From: Lama guanicoe
Taxonomy: Eukaryota
Reading direction: 5' to 3'
DNA length: 64,000 bases
Assembly: GCA_013239625.1 (NCBI GenBank)
Contig: MU054220.1
Location: 1,479,509 to 1,543,508, forward strand
The position numbers and the translations under genes are program-made. The notes beneath the pieces are model-generated. The model searched no databases and was not told the DNA's origin. It was given only the letters and a program-made list of their open reading frames with translations. This document shows, piece after piece, positions 23,601-32,408 of the stretch (position 1 is the first letter of the stretch; each line of letters begins with the position of its first letter).

Positions 23601-26600
23601 GTTGCAGTATGGTCTTGGGTTTATCCTGCTTGGAGTTTGTTAACACCTCTTGAATATGAATAATCATAGTCTTCACATTTGGGAAATGTTTGGCCATTAT
23701 TTCTTCAGATAAGCTCTCTGCCCTTATCTTTCTTGCCTCCTGGGAATGCCATAATACATACATGGGTCTACTTGATGGTGTCCTATAAGTTATTTAGACT
23801 CTGTACAATTTGCTTCATTGTTTTCCTTTTTGCTCTTCAGACTCGATAAATTTGTATGATTGATCATCATTTTTGCTGATTTTTTTCTTACGCTTATTGG
23901 AGTTTGCTGTCAAATTAATGAATTTTTCAATTCCATTGATGTATTTTTTAGCTCCACAATTTTTCTTTGGTTCTCTTTAATAATGATACCTGTCTCTTTG
24001 TTGGTATTCTCACTTTGTTCATATGTCATTTTCCTGCTTTTTTTTTTATTCTTTTTTTCTTTTAGTTCTGTGAGCACATTTAAGACCACTGTTTTAAAAT
24101 CTTTGTGTAGTAAATATGAAGCATGTGTTTATGATTGGTTTCTAGGGATTTATTTTATTCCCTTGAATAGGTGTGTTTTGTGATCTTTTTTGAAAATTGG
24201 ACATTAGACAAAATAATTCTCTCAGTAATCTTTTTTCTTTCTTTGAACCAAGTGCCTCATGCATGTCAAGCATGAGCTCCACCAACTGAGCTGTACCTCC
24301 ACCCCCTAATTCTCCCAGTCTTTGCACACTGACTCCCTATAGGGGGGAAACCTTTATTAATGAGCCCAACATGAAAGTGCAAGATCTTTCTTGGGTCTTT
24401 CCTGGGCATATGTGTTCCCTGGACTTGTGCTTCCCCTTACCCGACTGCCCCATTCCCCTTAAACATTTACTTTTCAGTTTTCCTCTTATCCGACTGCCCC
24501 ATTCCCCTTAAACATTTACTTTTCAGTTTTCCTAAGTTTCATACATGCTTCCTTTATGAACTTCATATCTTCCATTGTATTCCTCTGCCTGTAATCTTCT
24601 GCCCCCTGCCATCCACATGACTTCTGTCCACCTGTGGTTTTCACATGCCACAGTACCTGTCGCTGCCTTTCATGGCTTCTAACCTGAGATCCAAAATATG
24701 CCACCATTCCTGCCTGACCTCCAGGTCAGATAATTCAGAAACCAGTCCCTCGGGCAACCACAGACAGGCTAGAACATTACAGACAGTACACTCATTTCCT
24801 TCCTTCTGGAGAGAGGGAACTGAGAATTGGGCCCCTTCATTCCACCCACACTGCAGAGAGTGTGGTACAAGGGCAAGCAGACATGCCACAAAATTTCGTA
24901 CTGTTCTTAGTGTGTGTTTTTCTTGATTGGATATTCTTTTGGTTGCTGCTGATCTTTGGTTTCCAGAGTTGCCACAAAGCTATTTTAGTCAATCTGCATT
25001 TGTTTACATAATGTTTTCCATAGGGGAACAAGGGTTTGGAGCTTCATAATCTGCCATCTTTCTGACATCGTCTTCATGGACACTTTGAATGGTCTAACTT
25101 ACCTAAAGGAACCTGCTCATCAGCTTTTTCATTCCCAGTGCTATTCCTTTGTTGTCTGCCTCAACTGTAATCTTTGCCTTAGGGGTCAGTGGGACAAATT
25201 TATTTGCCTTATAATGGTTCTAGGAACCTTCTTGAAGAGTTTTGCGTTCACAAAAAATAAAATATTTCTGGGTTGAGCTACGTGTCCAAGTTGGTACCAT
25301 GGTTCCAGAAACTATCTGAAAGTGTTATAAAAATCAACAAGTAGGATAGTGTTGTGACTAGATTGTTGTCTAGCTACTTACTGTACCACATAGAGTTCTC
25401 CTGAGCCAACATACTGTTTATCACATCCATGTCTTTACTTTGTCTACCAGTCCCATACTGTTCGTTCTTTACATGATTAAATGTTTGATCAGCACTCAGG
25501 AATCATTTCTCTTATGAAGCCTTCCTTGACACACTCTTCCTCCAACCTTCCAAGAGAGGTGATTACTTCCTCCTCCATTTTTTCACCAATAATTTTTAGC
25601 CAGTTGGTGGTTTTATAAATAATAGTTTTGAAAATCCAGAATTCTACATTAATATATCATTTTTACATAACCTAGTATCTGAAAATAATGATCCATCTCT
25701 TTGTTAGAGGCCATTTTTAAAGAATATAAAATATATATATTATACCTCTGAGATTCAAGAGTATTTGAGACCAATATATATTTTCAGTATTTTTTTTTCT
25801 ATTTTTGCTGAAGGGTTTTGTCTGTGGTTTACTACAAAATAAACTAGAAAAAAGGCATTCTAGCCATTTAATCTTTATTCTTCTGACTGCCGTGTTCCCC
25901 TATTAAAAATACGTTCAAACAGCCAGTGCAACTCTGGATCCATGGTTTTTAATGTGATAGGCAATACGTAACTTCTAGAACATAACTTACTTTCCCATGA
26001 CAAATAGGGATCAAATATTCTAAAAATTTATAAAACCCTATGAAAGTCAAAATGAAACCACAATGATTGTCCCTAGATCTGTGTTTTTCAATCATATTTG
26101 CTGAAGTTTGGTGAGAGGTTATACCCCCAGTAGAGCTGTCTATGCACACTTGACCATTATTAATTTGTTACTTTTTATTAAGTTGGTTCTTTGCTAACCC
26201 AAGGTGGGTTGTGTTGGAGCTTGTGGGAAGGGTGTGTGGGCAGTGGGTCAGGTTGTGCCACACATAAAATGACAGAATGGAATGTGGGAAGGGCTAAGCA
26301 TGATAGATGGACATTCATTTATGCAAAAAGTTAAAAAATGTCAATGACAGAATAGAGTATTGAGCAGGGAGCCAAGTAGTTTTAAAAGACTAAAAATATT
26401 AAGCTTATTTCTCAACTCTTCGGAGACTTAATCAAGAAATGTGCTTCTCTCAAGTGCAGTTGGGAAAAACAGCTTGGTCCCTCATACCCAGTCCTCACAG
26501 AAGCACAGCACTCAATCACACCTGCCACTTGAGTGCCTCCTTGTCACGTTTGTAGTGTAACTTGGCCAGGTGTTCAAAATCACGGGGATAAAAATGGCTT

Positions 26601-29583
26601 TTGTCAAAGAATAATCACAAATATCAGCAGGTATATTCTGAATACACACTATTTGTCAGGCATTCTCTGTAGGAGCTTTGTAGTTAGTAGCTAATCAGAC
26701 AAATCTCTGCTTTTGTAGAGCTTTTCTTCTGGTGTGCATGTAGAGAGTAGGGGGCACTAGATTGCAGAAACAGAGAAGCAAATATTTATTTGATGTTTAA
26801 AATTAAAATGAAAACAGTGTAAGAGGATATAAAGTGGCCTTTGGGTGATGGTACATATAGGGTGGTCAGGGAAAGCATCTTTGTTAGAGTGTCATTGATT
26901 AGAAGTCTGAAGGTGGTGATAGAGCAGGCCGTGTTGGATGTATAGTAAATCTTTTTATTTTTATGAGGTTATGTGTTTATGGTAGACAATTTAGAAAATG
27001 AAAGTAAGCCAACAGAAGAAAAATAAAATTTTATATCTCATCTTAGAACTTGATTTCATTGGTGTTTTGATATACCTCTTTGCTTTTTCATATTTAATAG
27101 TTGCTTTTGACTTTGCTCTTTCCAGAAAAGCTGATCATTTGTTTCTCAGTGCTGTTCTTCACTTGATATGAACACCGCATCTATTTAAAATTGTAAAACA
27201 GTACACTGTAATTCTGAGGAGATAAAGGCAGCAGTTTTAAATTCCATAGAAAAAGGCTAAAGGAAAATTTTCTGACCTGATTTCATAAAATATCACATTA
27301 CACTTTTAGATTTTTTAATCAAGCTTTAAGTTAGAATGGTTATTTACTTTTAGTGTTGCTATTCCTTTGATTTTAAAGTTCATTTCTTCCTTAAAACTGA
27401 GAAGATACTGATCTCATGTGGAGGATTCATTGCCTTATCAAAGTATTCTGTTCCTTCTGACCTTTAACCTTTGTTATAGGCAAAGAAGAGTAAAACCAAA
27501 ATGCCATCTCTGGTAAAGAAGTGGCAGAGTATCCAGCGTGAGTTAGATGAAGAGGAGAACTCTAGTTCCAGTGAAGAGGACCGGGAATCAACCGCACAAA
27601 AGCGAATTGAAGAGTGGAAACAGCAACAGCTGGTCAGGTAAAAGAAGAGACCACAGACAGGCAGCTTGTGGTGCTGGTGGCTGTGCTTTTAGAGCCATCA
27701 TATTTTTAAATCACAGCCATTAATTTGATTTCTTTACAAACTTACTAAAGCAGCTTTTAATTCATAGAAATGTTTAGTTCCCTATAAAAATTATGGTCTA
27801 GCCTTTTTTTTCTGAGATGAAAGATGTTTTATTGAAGTAGAGTCAGTTTACAATGTTGTGTCAGTTTCTGGTGTACAGCACAATAGTCATAGGAACATAC
27901 ATATATTCGTTTTCATATTCTTTTTAACCATAAGTTACTACAACATATTGAATATAATTCTCTGAGCTATAAACTTGTTGTTTGGTCTAGTCTTTTTCAG
28001 AATCAGAAATATCAGAATTGTAATACTTCCCACTGATCGTTCATCTTGGATATAGGACTATCTTAAGCCTGAGTATACAAGGAAAAATAGTCATCCCCAT
28101 TTACCATATAGATCCAAGAGACCCTTTCATGTGTGTGTATATATTTTTTAATTTTGCAAATCATTTACAGGTGTAACAAAGAGGAGAAAACTTAGAAATT
28201 TTAATAAAAATTTAGACGTAGCTAACTCAAATTTTTCTTTATTTTCCTGGTTTTTGAAGTTACACATACTGAAATGAGCAACATTTTTGAATGCAACTAA
28301 TTGCTCAGTTGTCACAACCTGGAACATACTCACCTTGTAAATAGTTACGCCAGATTTCAAATTCATCCCTGATAGGTTCTAGCTTATCATTACTTCTGGT
28401 TTTTGCACTTTAACATGTATAGATACAGTACTTATGAAAACATTTGGGAGAGGATAGCCATCTTTGCTTCATAATTAAAAACATTTTCATTTTTAGATCC
28501 ATAAACTTCTAAGGAAAAATGAGATGGTCCCGGTTCCTGTTAGAAACTACTGGATGAAGAAAGTTGTTCTTCTGAATGAGAATACTGTATTTCCTTTTTG
28601 ACCTTAGAAATATATTATTCACTCATCAGTCTTGAATTTGAGACAATTCATCTAGACTATGGTCCTCTTAACACTTACAGTCTGAGATTTTACTTGTCTA
28701 GTCAATTTTACCATCATAATTTGAATCTTTAGTGCTACTGTCTCTTTGCATTCATCTTCTGAATTGTCTTAATATTTCTTGGGGGTATGATGGGGGGAAG
28801 ACTATGAAGATGATGTCTCCAGACTTTTTTACTTCCTTGAAAGGTGATGCACTTTTTTGGGGCAATACAATGAGAAAACTGAGGGATGGTATTAAGTGAT
28901 TAATTTATTTCATTTTTGTATCATCCTTGTAGATAATTCCATTATTCTTCAGTTTTCTTAGTAGTCTTTTTTTAGTGTTGTTGGGAATTGAATAATACTA
29001 ATTCCTACAGTGATGAAATAGCAAACTATTTCAAGATGAGGGGAAGTCACAAAGATCCTGTAATTTATCTTAGATCCTTTAATAATCTAAAATAACCTAA
29101 TGCACCCATTCTGATAATTTCAAGATAGAATCTGATTTTTAATCGATTTTTTTTCGGTGATTGAATAAGCCATGAGAGAGCAATCCAAAGAATCATAACT
29201 CCTAGAGGCCAAGAAATACCTTTACAAGAATGTGTTATATTCTTTCAGTGTGGCTTTAATGGTTACTGGGGAGATACAAAAATAGATATACATTTAATGT
29301 AAATTATAGAGAAGAGTATTAAGAATTAAGAAATTTGATGAAGAATATGTTGGTACTTAGCTGCGAAATTTGAAGCGTTTTCATGAATATATATATGATA
29401 GATCAAATTTTTATTTTAGTTAGAGGTTTTTATTTGCCAGGAAATGAACAGTGTTTTCTTTCCGTGAAGTAATCTCTATGTTGTTTTCACAGTGGCATGG
29501 CAGAGAGAAATGCTAATTTTGAAGCCCTTCCTGAAGATTGGCGAGCCAGACTGAAGAGAAGGAAAATGGCTCCAAACACATAG
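671..29583 (+). CDS. FNBP4: Formin-binding protein 4, complete spliced CDS (17 exons, 3051 nt, 1016 aa)
   Basis: Exons join in frame from MGKKSRAVPGRRPILQLSPP to EDWRARLKRRKMAPNT*; two WW domains, two poly-Pro tracts; matches FNBP4 as I recall it. Confidence 0.97.
1755..1847 (+). CDS. FNBP4: FNBP4 exon 2 (alternative acceptor at 1749)
   Basis: cag|ATGAACAGG...ACAG|gtatag; DEQEVVVEVPRVVPNPPKPVMTTRPTAVKAT. Confidence 0.92.
2470..2550 (+). mobile_element. Short L1 3'-end fragment (lineage-type)
   Basis: TGTGCTGTACACCAGAAATTGACAAATTGTAACTGA, reverse complement of the motif at 27840-27880. Confidence 0.6.
3310..3453. mobile_element. hAT-Charlie MITE relic (MER103-like)
   Basis: GGTCTGTGAATCCCTTGAAATTG...GGTTAAAAGTCACTG resembles recalled consensus. 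Confidence 0.5.
5176..5312 (+). CDS. FNBP4: FNBP4 exon 3
   Basis: tag|GAGGT...GCG|gttagt; GLCLLGAYADSDDEE. Confidence 0.94.
5575..5614 (+). repeat. Poly-T tract (~40 nt)
   Basis: Direct read. Confidence 0.95.
5664..5847 (+). CDS. FNBP4: FNBP4 exon 4
   Basis: aag|GAGATT...GAG|gtaagc; EIDAITAPQP...WQYDTQCSLAG. Confidence 0.94.
6165..6364 (+). mobile_element. MER20 (hAT-Charlie) DNA transposon relic
   Basis: CCCCCAGTGGACAC...TTTGGTTGTC...CAGGATGCTGCCAAACAC...GCTGAGGTGTAGAAACTCT tracks the recalled MER20 consensus. Confidence 0.75.
6439..6586 (+). CDS. FNBP4: FNBP4 exon 5 (WW domain 1)
   Basis: GDWQEVWDENTGCYYYWNTQTNEVTWELP; ag/gtaag boundaries. Confidence 0.96.
6702..6822 (+). CDS. FNBP4: FNBP4 exon 6
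   Basis: poly-T tag|TTCTGTA...AAG|gtcagt; phase-consistent. Confidence 0.93.
7901..8236 (+). CDS. FNBP4: FNBP4 exon 7 (acidic region)
   Basis: tag|GAAGTAAAT...AAA|gtaagt; EVNEGIQALSNSEEEKK...ELVLERKK. Confidence 0.95.
9146..9356 (+). CDS. FNBP4: FNBP4 exon 8
   Basis: AELRALEEGDG...RATSPES...ENGET; ag/gt boundaries. Confidence 0.95.
9948..9968. repeat. (GT)n microsatellite
   Basis: Direct read; a second one at about 10193-10209. Confidence 0.9.
10060..10980. mobile_element. Old L1ME-type 3' fragments in both orientations
   Basis: GTGTCCATCA...TGGATAAATTATGG (sense) and TTGCTAGGTCAAGGGGTATG...AATTGCCCTCCA (antisense). Confidence 0.6.
11816..11940 (+). CDS. FNBP4: FNBP4 exon 9
   Basis: tag|CAGTTGGT...AAA|gtatgt; AVGAENSEK...EQDLK. 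Confidence 0.94.
11950..11990 (-). mobile_element. Severely 5'-truncated SINE tail with target-site duplication
   Basis: T-rich tail plus GGGGGGAGGTAA (compare tail at 42715-42735); flanks GAAAGTATGTATCTT / GAAAGTGTATCTT. Confidence 0.65.
12856..12960 (+). CDS. FNBP4: FNBP4 exon 10
   Basis: FQIGELANTLTSKFEFLGINRQSISNFHVLLLQTE. Confidence 0.95.
13752..13885 (+). CDS. FNBP4: FNBP4 exon 11 (N-half of WW2)
   Basis: TRIADWREGALNGNYL...PKGWSCHWD; donor CAG|gtacgc. Confidence 0.95.
14589..14616 (+). repeat. (CA)14 microsatellite in FNBP4 intron 11
   Basis: Direct read. Confidence 0.9.
14891..15078 (+). CDS. FNBP4: FNBP4 exon 12 (C-half of WW2)
   Basis: DHRRYFYVNEQSGESQWEFPDG; donor CAG|gtggga. 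Confidence 0.95.
15906..15943. repeat. 19-bp perfect tandem duplication
   Basis: GATATTTGTTTAAATGATG x2. Confidence 0.9.
15995..16160 (+). mobile_element. L1 3' end (artiodactyl-type)
   Basis: AACTATATTCAATATCTTGTAATAACC...GCTGAATCACTTTGCTGTATACCTGAAAC. Confidence 0.75.
18500..18645 (+). mobile_element. MIR SINE
   Basis: Core TGTATGATCTTGGGCAAGTCATTT...GGGTTTC; 3' ATTCTATGATT. Confidence 0.7.
19599..19909 (+). CDS. FNBP4: FNBP4 exon 13 (poly-Pro tract 1)
   Basis: SLCKESFSGQ...MPPPPPPPPESPPPPPPPPPP...VVTSQ|gtgaga. Confidence 0.95.
20037..20181 (+). CDS. FNBP4: FNBP4 exon 14
   Basis: SSADSTISSSSSTKAIKRKATE...; G|gtaagc. Confidence 0.94.
20536..20879 (+). CDS. FNBP4: FNBP4 exon 15 (GHQ repeats, poly-Pro tract 2)
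   Basis: GHQAAGIGHQ...EPPPPPPPPPPPPPPPAPKMPPPEKTKKGKKEK|gtatag. Confidence 0.95.
20952..21038 (+). mobile_element. tRNA-Ala-derived SINE (camelid type, Vic-1-like)
   Basis: A box TAGCTCAGTGG, B box GGTTCAATCC, TTAGCAT loop, A-rich tail; multiple copies in window. Confidence 0.85.
21859..21964 (-). mobile_element. tRNA-Ala-derived SINE nested in L1
   Basis: Reverse complement GGGGGAAGGTACAGCTCAGTGGTAGAGTGCATGCTTAGCATG... Confidence 0.85.
24243..24306 (-). mobile_element. tRNA-derived SINE, partial
   Basis: CATGTCAAGCATGAGCTCCACCAACTGAGCTGTACCTCC. Confidence 0.75.
24436..24533. repeat. 49-bp tandem duplication (1 mismatch)
   Basis: CTTA(C/T)CCGACTGCCCCATTCCCCTTAAACATTTACTTTTCAGTTTTCCT x2. 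Confidence 0.9.
26625..26940 (-). mobile_element. L2 fragment
   Basis: CTATTTGTCAGGCATTCT...ATAGGGTGGTCAGGGAAAGCATCT. Confidence 0.6.
27480..27637 (+). CDS. FNBP4: FNBP4 exon 16
   Basis: AKKSKTKMPSLVKKWQSIQRELDEE...EEWKQQQLVS. Confidence 0.95.
27820..27985 (-). mobile_element. Lineage L1 3' end
   Basis: TTTATTGAAGTAGAGTCAGTTTACAATGTTGTGTCAGTTTCTGGTGTACAGC; TGGTCTAG on both flanks. Confidence 0.75.
29493..29583 (+). CDS. FNBP4: FNBP4 exon 17 coding part to TAG
   Basis: GMAERNANFEALPEDWRARLKRRKMAPNT*. Confidence 0.95.
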
Positions 29584-29667
29584 TTTTTTTTAATTTTTTA
29601 ATTTTTATTTTTATTATTGTTTTTTTTTTATGTTCAGTTCAGCGTCTTAACCAGTTTTACTGTTGTC

Positions 29668-29673
29668 AATAAA
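29668..29673 (+). terminator. FNBP4: Proximal poly(A) signal of FNBP4
   Basis: AATAAA 85 nt after stop, preceded by U-rich tract. Confidence 0.6.
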
Positions 29674-30526
29674 CTAGAAATGTTATGAGGGAGAGCATAT
29701 GAATTTCCTGGGCAAGAGCGTACACGTACAAAATTCCCACACTTGTGAAATGTGATTTTTCTGTTTTGCTGAAAGGTGAGGTGACCGAATGCTTTGACCT
29801 GCTGCCTTTACTCTCACACTGGGAAAAAGCATGTTAGGTACATTAACCTCATCCATCTGGGACATGTGGCTCATGAGTATGATTCCTCTGTAGAGGACTC
29901 ACTAACAAAAAATGAAGGATTTTCCTGCCTAATAGAGGCTCGTTGTAGTTCCTAATGTGGCACGCTCTCTCTCATTAACTTCTTCAGAACAAGTGCAATT
30001 ACGAAGGCAGCTCTGTGTTCCACCTTGCTTCACTGGGATTATAGGAATCTCCTTCCGACCTCGTCCTCTAGTCTGCCACCCCTGAAGTGCCGAGGTACAC
30101 CTTGTGCTAACAGATGGCCACACTCGTTAGCGTATTCTTTCTCACAAATTCTAGAACTGATAGCTCAGTCATTTCACATACTAGGTGGCATATTTAAATT
30201 TCAATAGGTGGCAGCAGCAAGCAGGTGTTCATGTCTTTGATTTTTGAGAATTTCCCCCTCACGTGTGTGGCAGTAGATATAACAAGAGCCACTGTATGTA
30301 TTGATGTGTCTCCATTGTCACACCTTGGCCCAAAGTTCACCTCCCTTTTATGTGTGAATGTATTCTCCATAAAATTCCAGTATTTAAAAAGCAGTTTACT
30401 GTTCTGTACTTTCTATTGTATCACAATCAGGTGAAAGTCACTTTAAACTGAAGAAAACGCAAATTGTGTTTTAAAGCTGTTTGTATTTCTCCAGTTTCTG
30501 ATCTTGTAAATTTGTATATATGCACT

Positions 30527-30532
30527 AATAAA
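30527..30532 (+). terminator. FNBP4: Distal poly(A) signal of FNBP4
   Basis: AATAAA with several upstream TGTA motifs and downstream U/GU-rich sequence. Confidence 0.8.
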
Positions 30533-31469
30533 GCTTTTTTTATACTTCTGATCGGTTATCCTTTTGCTCCTGTTTTGCCTGTTACTCCATGACTATGTAG
30601 CCAAGACTTACTTTAAGTCAGTTGTTTTTTCTGATCAAGTAAGGTATAAGACATGTGCAAACATTGAAGAACAGCCCTCAGGAAAACGAACGGCAGGATC
30701 TTGAGCCAGTTGGGGGACAGGGAAACAGGGTTAGAAAAGCAAGCCTCTAGTACCAGAAGACATGGTATGACAAATTTTGGAGCTTATACTCTGTAATCGC
30801 TAATGTTTGGCTTGCTTAAATCATCGAAATGGTGTAATGTGGTTAATATTTTGAAAACAATAGATGTGCTTTATATTTTCCCTCTGACTACAAAGGTAGT
30901 GTATACTATGGTTATAGTCATAAAGTTAACCAAAGACAATAGAATTTTATTCCAGTATATATATATATGTGTGTGTACATACATATATGCATATAATTGT
31001 CTAATTAGTGTCATGTATGCTAATGTGTTGGATTCTGTTTACCATTTAGCTACCATTTGGGGTTACCATTTTGTATATCAATTGCTTTTCTTGTAATTTG
31101 CACAGAGCAAATTTCTGAAATTAAAGGCTATCAACTAGCCATTCATTAAAGCCTTTGCTTTAACTGCCTAACAGTTTTTCAGACTTCTAGGAATTGCCAC
31201 AGAAAACAAGTGCATTTGTCACTATCTTGCCAAAATTTAGCTTTTTAAAAAATCTGACAACTTTAATAGACAAAATATGTGGGTTTAATTTACTAACTTT
31301 GTGTTGTTTTTTTCAAGGTAGGCATTTTTTCAATTCTAGCTACGGGATGGAGAGAATATAAGGTGAAAAGAGAGGGGAAGTGGATCCCTTTGAGCAATAA
31401 GTAACAGTTTCCTAAAGCTGAGGAACAGCAAATAAGTCGGATGTGGGGTTGCCAGTGCTATCATTGGTG

Positions 31470-32200
31470 TCTCAACGTCAGTCGTCTACTTTTCCCGGGT
31501 TCTCCACCCCTTCCTTGGAAACGGGGCCTCGCTCCTCGGAAGTGCCCAGTAGCCCCGCCCCCCCAGCTTCCGCCTCGCGGTTGCTAGGCTACCGAGGCCC
31601 TCGCGGGAAGCTGTGGCTGGTGAGCTCCTTGAGCGCTTCGTCTGCCTGGTGCGCGGCGGGTCCTCTACCCGCGGGCCGTGCCCTGCGCCTCGCTCAAGCT
31701 CCTCTGCCGCGGCAGGCGCCGCGCCCACCCCTGCTGCTCCGGACGAGCCGGGCCTCGGAGGCGGTCGCACCCTTCCTCTATCTTCGTAGGAAATCTCCAC
31801 ACCCCCTCCGCGACTCTTCGAGAACCTGCGCTTAGCCACCTTCTGGACCAGGAAGTCCAGAAACCCCGAATTCCATGTTCAGAGCCCACTCTCCAGGCCC
31901 TTGACCTTTCGTTCCCATCTACCGCGAGACGACTCTTCTGGATCCTTCATCCCCTTTTCTCTTACTTTCCTGCGGCGTCCTGGTGGGGGGCCTCTCCCTT
32001 ATCTGGGAGAAGGAAGCATGGGACCAGCAGAGGTCCAGGCACCTCGAGAGAAGGATACTGGAAGACACGCCGCCCTCCCCAACTCTTCAGGTGCGCATCC
32101 CGGCCTCGTAGTGGGCACCACCAGTCGGGTCCTTGTTTGTCTGAGAGGGTGAGTAGACAGAGAAGAGGGAGCGCAGCTGCAGGTTTTCCTAAAGTAGCGT
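31470..32200 (+). promoter_or_regulatory. AGBL2: AGBL2 CpG-island promoter with GC box, RFX X-box and candidate non-coding first exons
   Basis: CpG-rich; CCCCGCCCCC near 31553; GTTGCTAGGCTAC 31580-31592; donors CTG|gtgagc after 31619 and AGG|gtgagt after 32148. Confidence 0.8.
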
Positions 32201-32372
32201 GGGAGCTGTGGAGGATGGAGGGGGTGCGGGTAAATTCTGACAGTTTTTTCAGTTGTCCTGCTCTGGTTTTTTAGCCTCTCCTGTATAATCAGCTGCCCTT
32301 TTGGAAACGGTAGCGGTTGTGCCTGGCTGCCCGTGTCACTGACTGGTCTTCAGCATACCATGCAGAAGTAAC

Positions 32373-32408
32373 ATGTTCCCAGCATTGGAAACCGAGCTAA
32401 AGCAGAAG
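32373..32408 (+). CDS. AGBL2: AGBL2 first coding exon (exon starts 32275 in 5' UTR)
   Basis: tttag|CCTCTC acceptor; ATG 32373; AAG|gtcagt. Confidence 0.88.

Larger units (their letters stand above)
21040..25075 (-). mobile_element. Fragmented antisense L1 cluster with nested SINEs and a younger L1 3' end (about 23140-23270)
   Basis: CCCAGCACCGTTTGTTGAAGAGAC and other ORF2/3' UTR hallmarks; ORF1-like EEIMAKHFPN (23521-23763 minus). Confidence 0.8.

Noticed and set aside
31443..32274. Overlapping 117-198 aa ORFs in the AGBL2 CpG island (likewise 597-1456 for FNBP4)
   Set aside because: Stop-poor GC-rich DNA; Arg/Pro/Gly-rich low-complexity translations with no recognisable homology
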